A DNA stretch of 64,000 nucleotides, taken from the NCBI GenBank assembly GCA_951406725.2, contig OX597820.1:93434001-93498000 (forward strand), given 5' to 3'. This stretch comes from Octopus vulgaris (taxonomy: Eukaryota). A model generated the notes under the pieces. That model searched no databases. It was not told the DNA's origin and saw only the letters and a list, made by a program, of their open reading frames with translations. This document shows, piece after piece, positions 41,065-53,525 of this stretch (position 1 is its first letter; each line of letters starts with the position of its first letter). A program made the translations under genes and the position numbers.

Positions 41065-42372
41065 CTTTTAACATCTGCTTTTCCATGTCAGACAAAATTT
41101 ATTGATGCATATTTCTTCTTCTTGTCGCCAACCTGTAACCTGTTTCCATACAAAGTGTTGTTTCACTTGTTCCTTTAAATAACAAAGAGCTACATGGCTG
41201 AGCACATTTACACAGCAGATTGTAAACAATAGCACCATTTTGTGTGAATGGTGACTTTGTTTTTAGTCAACATACAAACATCAACACATACACACAGAAA
41301 TCTATAAAAGTGGTAAGGTAAATTCCAAGATTAACACCTGAATTAAATTATTTTATATATATACATACATATACACACACACACGTATGCATTTCATCAT
41401 CCTTTAATAATGATGATGATACGTATACATACATGTGTGTGTGTGTATACATATATATATATGCATTAACACGTACATAAAAGACTTCTTAGCTTCTATC
41501 CACTAATTCCATTCACAAGGCACTGGTCAACCCCAGGGCATATTAGAAGACACCTGTCTATAGTGCTGTACAGTGAGAATGAACCTTGATCCTCATGATT
41601 ACAAATTGAACTTCTTAACCACATGACTATGGCTGTGTCTAAATGAACGAAGTTTTATTGTAGTTCATTTTGGGAAGAAATACTCTAGTCATTTTGTCTT
41701 CCATATAACCTGTGAATTATTCAGCATAAGACTTGTTTGGTAAAAGTGGACTCTAAAAATAAAGTAACTTTCAAGAAAAGATGCTTTTGCTCAGTAATTA
41801 TCATCATCATCATTTAATGTCCGCTTTCCATGCTAGCATGAGTTGGACGATTTGACTGAGGGCTGGCGAACCAGATGGCTGCACCAGGCTTCAATCTTGA
41901 TCTGGCAGAGTTTCTACAGCTGGATGCTCTTCCTAACGCCAACCACTCCAAGAGTGTAGTGGGTGCTTTTACGTGCTACCGGCACAGGGCCAGTCAGGCG
42001 ATGCTGGTAACAATCATGCTCAAATGGTGTCTTTTATGTGCCACCAGCACGGCGGCCTGATAGCCGATATGGCAATGATCATGCTTGGATGGTGGTCTTA
42101 ACACCCTAATAGCACGGGGCTTGTTAAAAAAAATTACACTTCCCATCCTAATTTCAACACTTCTTGAGATACCTAAATGGGCATACATTCAAGAAAGCAA
42201 ATGTAGTAAAAACAGTGGCATATAATGTTCAGTGACTGGACATGTTAAATGAGGCAAGATGAATCATTAATATTCTGCACAAAAGTAGCACAAAAACGTT
42301 TATCACAGGAGAGAAAGATGTTTTGTTTTTTAATCAGCACAGTATCACCAAATCCTTTGCATTATCTCTATA

Positions 42373-43010
42373 CTAGCAGTATCGCCCGGCGTTGCTCGGG
42401 TTTGTAAGGGAAATAACTATATAAGCATTTTTAGAGAGTTATAGCCAAAAAAATAGCAAAAAATGCATTAAAAATGGAAAAAATATGATGGTAAATTTTT
42501 TTTTAAATCGTTGACTCATCGTAGACATTTTTAGAGAGTTACTTCCCTTATATAATAGCGAAAAAATGCATTAAAATGGAAAAAAAACGATGGTAAATTT
42601 TTTTTTAAATCGTAGACTCATGTAGACGCTTTCTTAGCCATTTCTGTTTTGGTGTCTTCAAGCCATGAAGTCGTTGTTCTAAAAGAACGCTGGTCTCCTT
42701 GACAACGCATTACGACGTTGATTTCCTTACACTCCCTTCCCCACAGGTGCAGGTGTGAGCGTGGACGCCAACTCCACCGCCATCGACACACGAAAAATTA
42801 TGCATTAAAATGGAATAAAAAATGATGTTAAATTATTTTTAAAATCGTAGACTCATCGTAGACGCGCGCTAATACTCAGACGGGCTCGATATGAATCACG
42901 ACTATAAGCTACCCGAATTTGGTTAAACTGCACCGCAAAATGTGGGAGTAGTTAGGAATCTAAATCGAAGGGGACAGACACTCACACAACTACAGTTTTA
43001 TATATATAGA
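42373..43010 (-). mobile_element. Non-autonomous Helitron
   Basis: Minus strand A|TCTATATATATAAAAC...CCCGAGCAACGCCGGG hairpin...CTAG|T: 5' TC, 3' hairpin plus CTAG, AT insertion site, no TSD; internal subrepeats. Confidence 0.85.
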
Positions 43011-43029
43011 TATACATAGCGCAGTAGTG

Positions 43030-43600
43030 GTGAGATGTGACAGCAAAGAAAAGCATACATTCACTCTCTGCATGCAATTAGACTCGGAAAGTTCGTGAGG
43101 AACCCATTGACCCAATTTGCTGACTTTTCCGATAGCACACAGGTCTCAATGAATGGTTGAATGACCAAATCCAAGCTTCTCTGCTAGTTCCTCAACAGTT
43201 ACGATGAGATTTTGTTCCACCAGGGTTTTCAGGATGTCCTTGTCGAGTTCTACAGATCTTTCAGGATGAGGCTCGTCTTCTAGGCTGTAGTTTATGGCTC
43301 GGAATTTCTGGAACCACCATTGACACTGCCTTACGCTTATTGTCCAATCCCCATATACTGCATTTGCGTTGTTGTCTTTATTGAACTCATAAAGCAAAAT
43401 ATGCCAAATATGCTCCTTTGTTACTTCCAACATAGCTTTGAAAAAAATAGCTGTTAAAATCGAAATGCACTCTTCAAAACTTGCACTATGAATAAGGACA
43501 AGATAAAATTACTACCTGCTTTTATAGCAAGTTAATATAAGTAGTTTATCCCATTCCCCTCTGACTTTTAGTTCAAGCGGTTGAAAAAACCGCATTATTA
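43030..43600 (-). mobile_element. 5' half of a mariner element (pseudogene)
   Basis: MLEVTKEHIWHILLYEF...QWWFQKFR...LEDEPHPERS...TVEELAEKLG, continuing to KLGQWVPHEL (mariner WVPHEL motif). Confidence 0.88.
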
Positions 43601-44231
43601 TATATATATACATACATACATACATACATACACACACACACTCTCTCTCTCACACACATGCACACATTTATATTCTGTTATTCTTTTATATGTTTCAGCC
43701 TTGAGGTTGTGGCCATGCTGGATCATGTGTGTGTGTGTGTGTGTGTGTGTGTCTATCTGTCTGTCTGTCTGTATGTATATATGTATATGTATGTGTGTGA
43801 ATAATAATATTTTCAACAGATGTGTTGCAAATGTATCTGATTGTTCTCAAGCTTCAAATTTACTCTCTTCCAAGAACATTTTCACTCACTCTTATTTGTT
43901 AGCTTCCCATACATTTTACTCATGTATCTATCAGCGTTCATGGACAGTAACAAATATTACATCTAGTTTCATTTTATTCGTTACACAGTGTGTGTGTGCG
44001 TTTGCGTGTGCTGTAAACCAGACTAAGAAAAGCATTTGACACACACACCAGAATGTGAGTTTTCTGTAAATTTTGCTTAATTGGATTTAAATTTTAAAAA
44101 CTGGACCTGGCATGACGCGATGCATTGTACTCTTAAAATTGCTAGGTAAATTGTAATTGAAGAAATCCTATATTGTAGATTTGTATAACTCCCAAAGGGA
44201 GGCAGATAAAATCTGCCTTTTATAATAAGAG

Positions 44232-44588
44232 ATATATAAACAGCAAAATGTCTGCATGCGTGTCCTTTATACAAATCCACAATTTTTCAGTTAGAGGGCT
44301 CGTACTTTCTATTGTCATTCAAAACCGTCCAAGGGTGGTCGTGCACATCTTTACATTTCCCCAGTCACCCTGCAAAGCCATTAAAATATCAATAGAAGTG
44401 ACTTTTTTGTGAATTTTCTATCCAAAACCCAATCAAAATGCCTGAAACTTGATACGCCAATTGAATGCCAGCTAGCTGTATGTGATTGGTCGGAGATTTG
44501 GACAGCACTTGCGTGTATGTGCGCACGCACGCAGCTGTATAAGCATGCACTAGCATTATGACCCGGCATTGCCAGGTCATAGTGCTAG
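44232..44588 (+). mobile_element. Non-autonomous Helitron-like element, copy 1
   Basis: 3' hairpin GACCCGGC-ATT-GCCAGGTC then CTAG|T; highly similar to 57166-57529. Confidence 0.8.
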
Positions 44589-46190
44589 TCTATTTATAAA
44601 GGGGTTTACAGTCTGGCTTGACTTCGTGCACAAGACCAGACTGAGATCATTTACAGGACTGATGTTTGCTTATTACATATCTTCTCTGAGTTGGGTTTTC
44701 TGTGTATTCATCGTCCATTTCAGCAGATTCTTAAAACTGTCATAAGACACAATATTAGAGATAGAATTTTTTAAAAAGTATAAAAATCTAGTTAGAAAAT
44801 TAATTCCCATGGTCACAGATAATTTAACAGAAATTACTGCAATTATGTACATCACTGAATGTGTCTGACTGTTTATTTGGTATATAACATTCCATTTGTT
44901 TCTAGCTGGCCTACAAACAGGTCTGGAGGTGGAATATGGTGCAGCATACATTACTGTTAACTGGAGACTAACTCTTAGAGGGAAAGAGGACTACAAATAT
45001 ACAACAGCAACAACAACAACAATAACAAGATAAAAATCAAGAAATATTTGGGTCAGGCATTAAAGTGAAATTTTATGAAAGAGAGAATATAGAAAAGAGT
45101 TCATTATCATCATCATAATCATTATTTAACGTCTCTTTTCCATGCTGGCATGGGTTGGATGGTTTGACTGGAGCTGGTAAGGCCAAGGGCTGCACCAAGC
45201 TCCGTTGTCTGTTCTAGCATGGTTTCTACAGCTGGATGCCCTTTCTAATGCCAACCACTTCATAAAGTGCACTGGGTGCTTTCAACATGTCACCAGCACC
45301 AGTATCAATTCTTTTGCGGCAGACAAGTCTTCTTTTACATTAAATACCATACAATGTAAAATTTTGATTTATTAAAATTTCTGCTTTTAGAGAATGTGTC
45401 ATAATTAACAAATTGCTATTAATACCATCTCCAAATGAGAAGAGGAGATAATGTCAAGAATCAAGAGTTCTCCCATGTTGGCATGCCATTAAAGAAAAGA
45501 ACATTTTTATTGTCTGGAAATAAGAGGACAGTCGAGTACACATGTTTCAGGCTCAATAGCTGTTATCAGCACAACTGTCTGACCTTATCTCCAGTAGCCT
45601 TATACAAAGAAAGTAGAACACATTTATGGCCAAAGTAATTTGCATAATATAAACAAAAAGAGCTAACAGATATAACTCAAAGTGATCAGTGGCATGTCCT
45701 TTTCCTTAATAGCATGTAATGTTTGGAGAAATTTGGATTCTCAAGAGTATATTGGAGCGGAGCATTCTATGCCAAGGTGCCCTTTTTGATACCAGCCTAT
45801 CCAAACATACAAGATTATAGAGAGAACTAGAAACAAATTTTTACAACCAGTGAACACATTTGAAGACAAGGGGAAATACAAACTCACTCACATGATTTTT
45901 TATCTCATTCTGTTAATTTTATGTGTGTGTGTGTATGAGTTAGAGGTTATGCAACCATCTAAGGGATAATAAATATCCAATATACTACTGGGTGTATACC
46001 TACTTATTCATATCCAAGAGCTTACTATTACAGGGCAATATCACAATTGAATACTAGGTATGAGTGGGGGTAAAGCAGAAATTTACCTAGAATTTATAAG
46101 GCAAATAAAAAAAAGAAGAGGATAATCAATCAATAAACATCAGCCTGTAGACATTAATTTATATCTATTTATTAATTGATTACAATTATA

Positions 46191-46601
46191 TACTCTTTTA
46201 CTCTTTTACTTGTTTCAGTCATTTGACTGCAGCCATGCTGGAGCACCGCCTTTAATCGAGCAGCTCGACCCCGGGACTTATTCTTTTGTAAGCCGAGTAC
46301 TTATTCTATCGGTCTCTTTTGCCGAACCGCTAAGTAATGGGGACATAAACACACCAGCATCGGTTGTCAAGCAATGCTAGGGGGACAAACACAGACACAC
46401 AAATACACACACGCATATATATATATATATACATATATACGACGGTCTTCTTTCAGTTTCCGTCTACCAAATCCACTCACAAGGCTTTGGTCGGCCCAAG
46501 GCTATAATAGAAGACACTTGCCCAAGGTGCCACGCAGTGGGACTGAACCCGGAACCATGTGGTTGGTAGACAAGCAACTTACCACACAGCCACTCCTGCG
46601 C
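46191..46601 (-). mobile_element. Family-A SINE
   Basis: Reverse complement of the 106-514 family, CpG-rich. Confidence 0.88.
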
Positions 46602-46713
46602 TTAAGTATGTATAAGTAATCAAAATAAACCAATGAAATAAGCAAGTAAACAAGTAAATAAATAGATAAATAAAAATAAACAAATGAATAAGAATAATTG
46701 AGTGAATAAATAC

Positions 46714-46865
46714 TAAGCTCTTACAGCTGTTTCTACTAAGGGGTTGCCCAATCTGCAAGGTTTTCCACATCAGGCTAGAAATATACAGGGATTTTACAGA
46801 GGTTGAACAAACATTGGACAAAGGTTGGATAATGACTGAGACCCAAAGCTTCATCAGAGAGATTA
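46714..46865 (-). ncRNA. Type-I hammerhead ribozyme motif with long stem-II insert
   Basis: TAATCTCT-CTGATGA-...-GAAAC-AGCT-GTA-AGAGCTTA: stem I 7 of 8 bp, stem III identical to that at 36155, GUA triplet; stem II imperfect. Confidence 0.65.
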
Positions 46866-47729
46866 TAATGTTAGAAATCTAATATGTGAGGAAGGTAAAA
46901 TAATAGAATAAAATAAAATAATAACATAATAGAAATAGTAAGGAATGGTAAAAATGTCGATTCCAAGGTGATATCTATAATCAATCGGATTACATCTTAT
47001 GCTAAAGAAAGTCACTAACAGGAGTAATTTCCTAAGGTTATGAGAGTTACATCCTATTTCAATTTTACTGGGGGAACTAGCAAGGGTAAGACATTGCAGA
47101 GTGAGTTTAATGGGATGGTCCATATCACAGGGGTCAAAAGTTAGAGGCTAACTGCTATTTAATAGAGCATCATAAAAAGAATTGAGAAAGTTAACTAATG
47201 TGAACTTATTTGGAGAAATCAATAAATAAGTATATCAATGAAAGAATAATTTGGGTAAAACCTTAATGTGATGTTACTACTAATTACTAATTAGTTATTA
47301 ACAAAAACCCACATACTAATACCCCATTGTTAATCCTATAACTTAATTGGTCTGATAATATTTGAAAACAATGGAGTTGTTTAGGTCCTTTAAATCTATC
47401 AATAAAACACAAGACAAAAATAAAAAACTAAAAAACATAAAACAAAAGACCAAACTGTAATTTAAACACTGGACTATATGAACCGTATATGAGACAGAAC
47501 TCTAATTTAAGATATATAAATAATATGCATATATGGTTACAAGATGTCACCAACTGTAAACAACATGAAGTATGAAAACAAGTGAGTTAAATACACAAAC
47601 AATGAGAGAAAAAATATTGAAAACAGGTCAAGTAACACAAAGAACAACCCTTCATCAGTTGTTGGCTGTCTATCTCCTCTTCATTTTGAGCAACATGCAT
47701 GAGTGTGTGTATATATATATATAAATATA

Positions 47730-48025
47730 TACTTTTATTTGTTTCAGTCATCTGACTGCAACCATGTTGGAGCACTGCATTGAAGGGTTTTAGTCAAACA
47801 AATCGACCTCAGGACATATTATTTTTTTTTTAAGCCTAGTACTTATTCTATCAGTCTCTTTTGCTGAAGGACATATACACACCAATACAGCTTGTCAATT
47901 GATGAGGGGGGACAAACACAGACACAAAGAAACACACAGATACATACATACATACATATATATGTATATATATATATATGCATGTATGTATGTATATATA
48001 TACATATATATATATATATATGCAT

Positions 48026-48067
<42 letters not shown>

Positions 48068-48235
48068 GTATGTGACGGTCTTCATCCAGTTTCTATTTAC
48101 CAAATCTACTTACATGGCTTTGGTGGGCTCAAGGCTATAGCAGAAGACGCTTAACCAAGGTGCCATGCAGTGGGATTGAACCGGGAACTATGTGGTTGCG
48201 AAGCAAGCATTTTACTACACAGTCATGGCTGTACC
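47730..48235 (-). mobile_element. Family-A SINE (diverged)
   Basis: Reverse-complement similarity to 106-514. Confidence 0.75.
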
Positions 48236-48839
48236 TAACCACATCATCATCTTTATTTAACATCCAAGTTCTATGCTAGCATGGATGGGACTTATATTAT
48301 ATTTTATTGTATCTAGGGAGATTCATTATGCCAATATTATAAACACATACAGAGAAACACATATGCATGCACACACACAGAGTAGCAGAAGTACACACAC
48401 ACACACACACAAGTACATAAACAAACATACACAGAAGCATGCATACATACACACATACATACATAGATATGCAAGAACATGCACAGAGTGGCACACACAA
48501 ACATGCACAGACAAATGTAGTCTCCATAATGGACTAAGAGAAATGTCACTGAAAAGGTTGCAAATATCAATGAAAGAGCTTTGATAAAAAAACAAACAAA
48601 AACAAGACTTACTGTTTAATCAAGTTAAACAAAGAATCAATTAGTTAATTGGATATTTAAACAACCAACTAATAATAAAGAAGTGGATTGAACCAGTGTG
48701 TGTGTTAATAATATTGGTATGATGACTTTCCCTAGACACAACGAAATTTGTTTCAACACATGAATTCACATAAAGAATCTTGCAAACCAGATGCAAAAAC
48801 GAAGTGTGTACGTGTATATATATATATATATATATATAT

Positions 48840-49122
48840 ATCACCATGATCACCGTGACCAACCAGGCTATCAGATGTTGCTACACATTAGCCTTCAAAT
48901 GACGCCACCCCGCTGGCTAAGTGAGCAGGCCAACAGAAGAAACAGTGAGAGAAAGTTGGGGTGAAAGAGTACAGCAGGGATTGTCACTACCCCCTGCCAG
49001 AGCCGTGTGGAGCTTTAGGTGTTTTCGCTCAATAAACACTCACAATGCCCGGTCTGGGAATCGAAACCGCGATCCTACAACCACGAGTCCGCTGCCCTAA
49101 CCACTGGGCCATTGCGCCTCCA
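48840..49122 (-). mobile_element. tRNA-derived SINE
   Basis: Head GTGGAGGCGCAATGGCCCAGTGGTTAGGGCAGCGGAC...GGTTTCGATTCCC; 5' half shared with 30366-30674. Confidence 0.8.
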
Positions 49123-49160
49123 CACATACATACACACACACATATATATATATATATCAT

Positions 49161-49377
49161 AATAATAATAATAAAGAGTATGGAGACTTATACATTCACA
49201 AGATTTATTTTATAGTTATATACAGCATATTATTATAATGACCTATACATATTTCCACCTTATAATATTGTTGGTGCAGCTTCATCAGGGTCTGTTCATT
49301 TGGTTATCTTTGATGCTCTATATAACTATAAAATAAATTTTGTGCATGTACAAGCCTCCATACTCTTTATTATTATT
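49161..49377. repeat. Fold-back: ~65-bp inverted repeat enclosing a minus-strand hammerhead motif (49240-49292)
   Basis: Arms 49161-49228 and 49313-49377 are reverse complements with a few mismatches; the loop reads GACC-CTGATGA-AGCTG-CACC..GGTG-GAA-ATATGTAT-A-GGTC on the minus strand. Confidence 0.8.
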
Positions 49378-50043
49378 AATATTAATATACACTTATTTAC
49401 TGTCCAGCAAAGGGAACACAGAATTACCCATCGGAAGAACTGACAGAGTGACTAACAACTAAATGTAGTCACAGACATCAAATGCTAATTGCTGTGGTTA
49501 GCCATTAACTGGAACTTCACTGCCTGAATATTATATCCCTCCAAACTCACTCCTACCTACCTGCCTGCATGTATACATACATATACACACACACAAAAGT
49601 TTGTATATATTATTCCTGTATACAATACCAAGCTACTGAATCAATAATGTAATTGAGGGCAAATACCTCATGTATAGCATTCTGTACACTGAATATAAAA
49701 ATTGCAGTTTTTCACATATCATATTGAGGGCTATAAAACTTCCTTGATTAACCAGGATTATCTATGCAAATGGCAAACAAAATCTCCCTTTAGTGGGTGT
49801 TTAAAATCAAAAAAAGAGTGGAATTACTACTACATGATTTAATGTTGAATTCTCACACTAGAAACACTAGCTGCAGTTGACTCACATTGTATCTAGTGAT
49901 GCATATTTCTCACCTAATTAACATTACATTATTAACCAAGAGATAAGCGCTAGTTCTATGGATTCTCAATTCAGGAAAAATTCACCTAACAGCATATTGA
50001 AATATCTCACTAAATACACACATAAGCACAAGGCAGATATATG

Positions 50044-50089
<46 letters not shown>

Positions 50090-50726
50090 GAACATACACA
50101 TAGCATATATAGTGCATGTATATATATATATATACAAATACACACACACACACACACACACAGAGTATATATAGTGCATGTATGTGTGTGTATGTATATA
50201 TATATATATATATAAAGAGACCAAAGTGTACGTACGCCGCTATATATATATATATATATGAAATACAAAATGGGACAAGAACGCAAAACATCCGGACAGT
50301 TAGGTGATACAAAAATGGGACAACAAAACATCCAGATAGACAATACAAAGAAATCAAGGACAGGTCATTTGAAGTTTTCTTTCCTCAGTCAAGTACCAGA
50401 TTATCTTCGCAATTTCGGCTGATTATACTTGAGATTGCTCCAATCAGGCCAGCCCCAAGGAAAAACTAAGCTAAGTGCATTAGATTCCTTGGAAGAAAGC
50501 AGCGAATGTATACAAAAACAAGGACAGAAAAAAAACGAACAATGTTACACAAATACAATAAATATAATAACAGGACATAACAACAGGTGCCTTTCGACTA
50601 AGGACAAATTAAATCAAGCTGGCGTGTGTGGAAATGAAGCCTTACTGTGTATTGGGGTTGATCTAATTGACTGGCCCCTTCCCCACAAAATTTCAGGCCT
50701 TGTGCCTAGAGTAGAAAAGAATATTT

Positions 50727-51608
50727 TGGTAACTTATTTGCTTTATTTGTCAAGTGACATCAAAAGCAGCCTAACATTCAAATTAGAATTCCATCATATT
50801 ACTCTGTCTGAAGCCACTTTTCTTCCAGTTCTTTGACTCCATGCAAATACCAGTTTTTGTCTGTCGAGACAAAGAACTCTTTCACTGAAGCATCCTCCTC
50901 CTCTTGGTTGATGAAGCATCACAAGAGCAGAAAGTGAGCCATGGATCAGAACAAGTAATAATCCAAGGGTAGACTATATGCTGGGTATGGTATCAGTTTG
51001 ATTCCTTCAAGTTCCTGGACTTTATTCTGGGTCGTACAAGCAGTATGAGGTCTTGCGTAATCATGTTCCAGAAGAGCTCACTTTTTGTTAACCAATGACG
51101 GATACTTTAGCCGCACAATAGCATACAACCACTGCAGTTGTTTGAAGTATAGGTTGACATCGATGGTTCAACCATCTAAAACAAATACGTGAATTACCTC
51201 CTCGTAATTCCATCAGACAGCAAGCATTAAAGCATTACCTTTTGTTCGAAATGCCCATCTTTGGTGACAGGTTGTAGAAGCTGGCCCTTGCTTTACCAAG
51301 GCTTATGCCTGTTAGGATTGCAGAAAAATATCTCCCTCAGATTACTGTTCTGATCCGTGGCTCACTTCCTGCACTTGTAAGATTTCATCAACCAAGAGGA
51401 AGGAAGTGAAAGCTTCAGAGAAGGAGTTTTTTGCCTTGAAGGACAAGAACTGGTATCAGCATGAGATCAAAGAACTGGCAAAAAAGGTGGCTATATACAG
51501 TACAACACGATGGCCTCTACTTTGAATGCTAGGCTGCTTTTGTTGTAACTTGCTGAATAAAGCAAATAAGTTACCGTAATATTGCAAAACTTTTGACTCA
51601 ACACAATA
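50727..51608. mobile_element. Mariner derivative with two inverted 3' ends
   Basis: 50727-50915 is approximately the reverse complement of 51385-51575, which encodes the mariner C-terminus (EFFALKDKNWYQHEIKELAKRW..TVQHDGLYFE). Confidence 0.7.
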
Positions 51609-51657
51609 GAAGGTACTCTCTTAAGGTGACGTGCAGGGAAATTGAACCCAGAACTAC

Positions 51658-52611
51658 ATGGCTGCATTCCACTGGATGTATAATGTCAGTGTGCATACAC
51701 GACTGAGTGTTAGAGCCCTGAGAGAAAAGTTGGATTTAAGAAGCATCAGATATGGTGTGCAAGAGAGACGACTGCAGTGGTATGGTTATGTGTTGCAAAT
51801 GAATGAGGACAGCTGCGGGAAAATGCGTCACACCCTTGCAGTTGAGGGAACCTGTGGAAAAAGTAGACCCAGGTTTTCCTGGGATGAGGTGGTGAAGCAT
51901 GACCTTCGAACATTGGGCTTTACCGAGGCAATGACTAGTGACTAAGACCTTTGGAGATATGCTGTGCTTGAGAAGACTCGACAAGCCAAGTGAGATCATA
52001 ACCTGTGGCCTATGCCAGTGGGTGTAACCAGCCCACTTATGAGTACCCCTCATTCATTGGACAATAAACTTTGCTTGTGAAGACCTGTTGAGGCAAGTGA
52101 AATCAAAATCAAAATTACTGACGTAGCCAATGACAGTGCCACCTGATTGGCACTCGTGCCAGTGGAACGTTAACAGCATCATCTGAGCGTGATTGTTGCC
52201 AGGGCCGCTGGTTGGCTCCTGTGCCGATGGCATGTAAAAAGCACCCTTCGAAGTGATCGTTGCCAGCATCGTCTTACTGGCACATGTGCCGGTGGCACGT
52301 GAAAAAACAACATTTGAGCGTGGTTGTTGCCAGTGCCACCAGACTGGCTCCCACGCATGTAGCACATAAAAAAAACACCTTTTGAGCATGGTTGTTGCCA
52401 GAACCACCTGACTGGCCCTCGTGCCGGTTGCATGTAAAAGCACCCACTTCACTCTCAGAGTGGTTGGTGTTAGGAAGGGCATCTAGCTGTAGAAACTTTG
52501 CCAGATCAGATTAGAGCCTGGTGCAGCCTTCTTGCTCTCCAGTCCTCAGTCAAACCATTCAACCCATGCCAGCATGGAAAGCGGACGTTAAACGATGACG
52601 ATGATGATGAT
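51658..52611 (+). mobile_element. RTE-like LINE 3' end: ORF2 terminus plus modular 3' UTR and (GAT)n tail
   Basis: LREKLDLRSIRYGVQERRLQWYGYVLQMNED...VEGTCGKSRPRFSWDEVVKHDL followed by five ~66-bp modules and the family-C terminus. Confidence 0.85.
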
Positions 52612-52659
52612 TCTTTTAGAACATATGTCAATAATAAGAACTCAGAAGTATGAAAAATA

Positions 52660-53525
52660 CTAGGTCTGATCAATAAATATTCAGACTGTTGCCATAGTAA
52701 CGAATCTAAAACACACAAAGTAACCCCGCTTGGCACAGATTGACCTCGAACTCTGCTGTACACGTGCACTAAGTTTTAACATTCTAGCTCAATTCTGCTA
52801 TTTACAGCAGTCTTGGTAGGAACGTGTGTAGTGTGTGATCGTCACATTAACCATGACAGAGAAAGTTGAGCAGAGAATCTGCAACAAATTTTGCAAAAAG
52901 CTTGGTGATACCTGCTCAGAGGTGTATGAAAAGTTTTCAAAAAGTTTTCATCCTTCTCAAGACTATCAAGATCTTGTGCAACTGAAACTCGAGTGTCTTT
53001 TTGGTCAGCTGAAAGCAGTTTTGGTACAACGGTAGACGTGTGTCTCATACCCAAATTTTCAGTGATAATGGACTGAACCATAACTAATCTGCAAATCTGA
53101 TAACTCACGAATGGTAATTCGACAATTCCCCTTCACAGCTGCATGCACATCTGCTTTGTTTTTCTCAGTTCTGCTGGTTGCGGGTCTCCTGGAACGTTTG
53201 TCACTATCAACATTTTTTCAGCCATCTTGGAAACGTCTGAACCACTTGTACACTTGTGTGGGGCTCATACACTTTCTGCAACTTTGCGTAGGCCTCTGAG
53301 TAGGTATCGCTATGACAGCTTTCTCTGTCATAGTCAATGCAACGATCACATGCTACACACGTTCCTTCTAAACATTGCTGTAAACAGCAGAAGTGAGCTA
53401 GAACATTAAAACATAGTGTGCATGCACAGTAGAGTCCAAAGTCAATATGTGCCAAGCAGCTTCACTCTGCATGCTTTAGCTGTGTTACTATGGCAACAGT
53501 TTGGATACTCATTGATCACACCTCG
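52660..53525. mobile_element. Mariner derivative with two inverted 5' ends
   Basis: TIRs ..TGATCAATAAATATTCAGACTGTTGCCATAGTAAC / GTTACTATGGCAACAGTTTGGATACTCATTGATCA..; ATGACAGAGAAAG start on both strands (MTEKVEQRICNKFCKKLG on +). Confidence 0.78.

Noticed and set aside
44677-44760. MNTQKTQLRED(I) with donor gtaata as candidate exon 1
   Set aside because: The phase fits, but similarity to the ETNPPL N-terminus is poor and the donor is weak.
47600-47700. CTGATGA on the minus strand in a repeat
   Set aside because: No matching GAAA, stem II or stem I arrangement could be built in this copy.
49048-49122. tRNA gene
   Set aside because: It has A/B boxes but no acceptor stem or cloverleaf, and continues into a SINE body; the same applies to the other SINE heads.
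50340-50460. CTGAGGA and CAGCC-GAAA fragments on the minus strand
   Set aside because: Order and pairing do not give a hammerhead fold.
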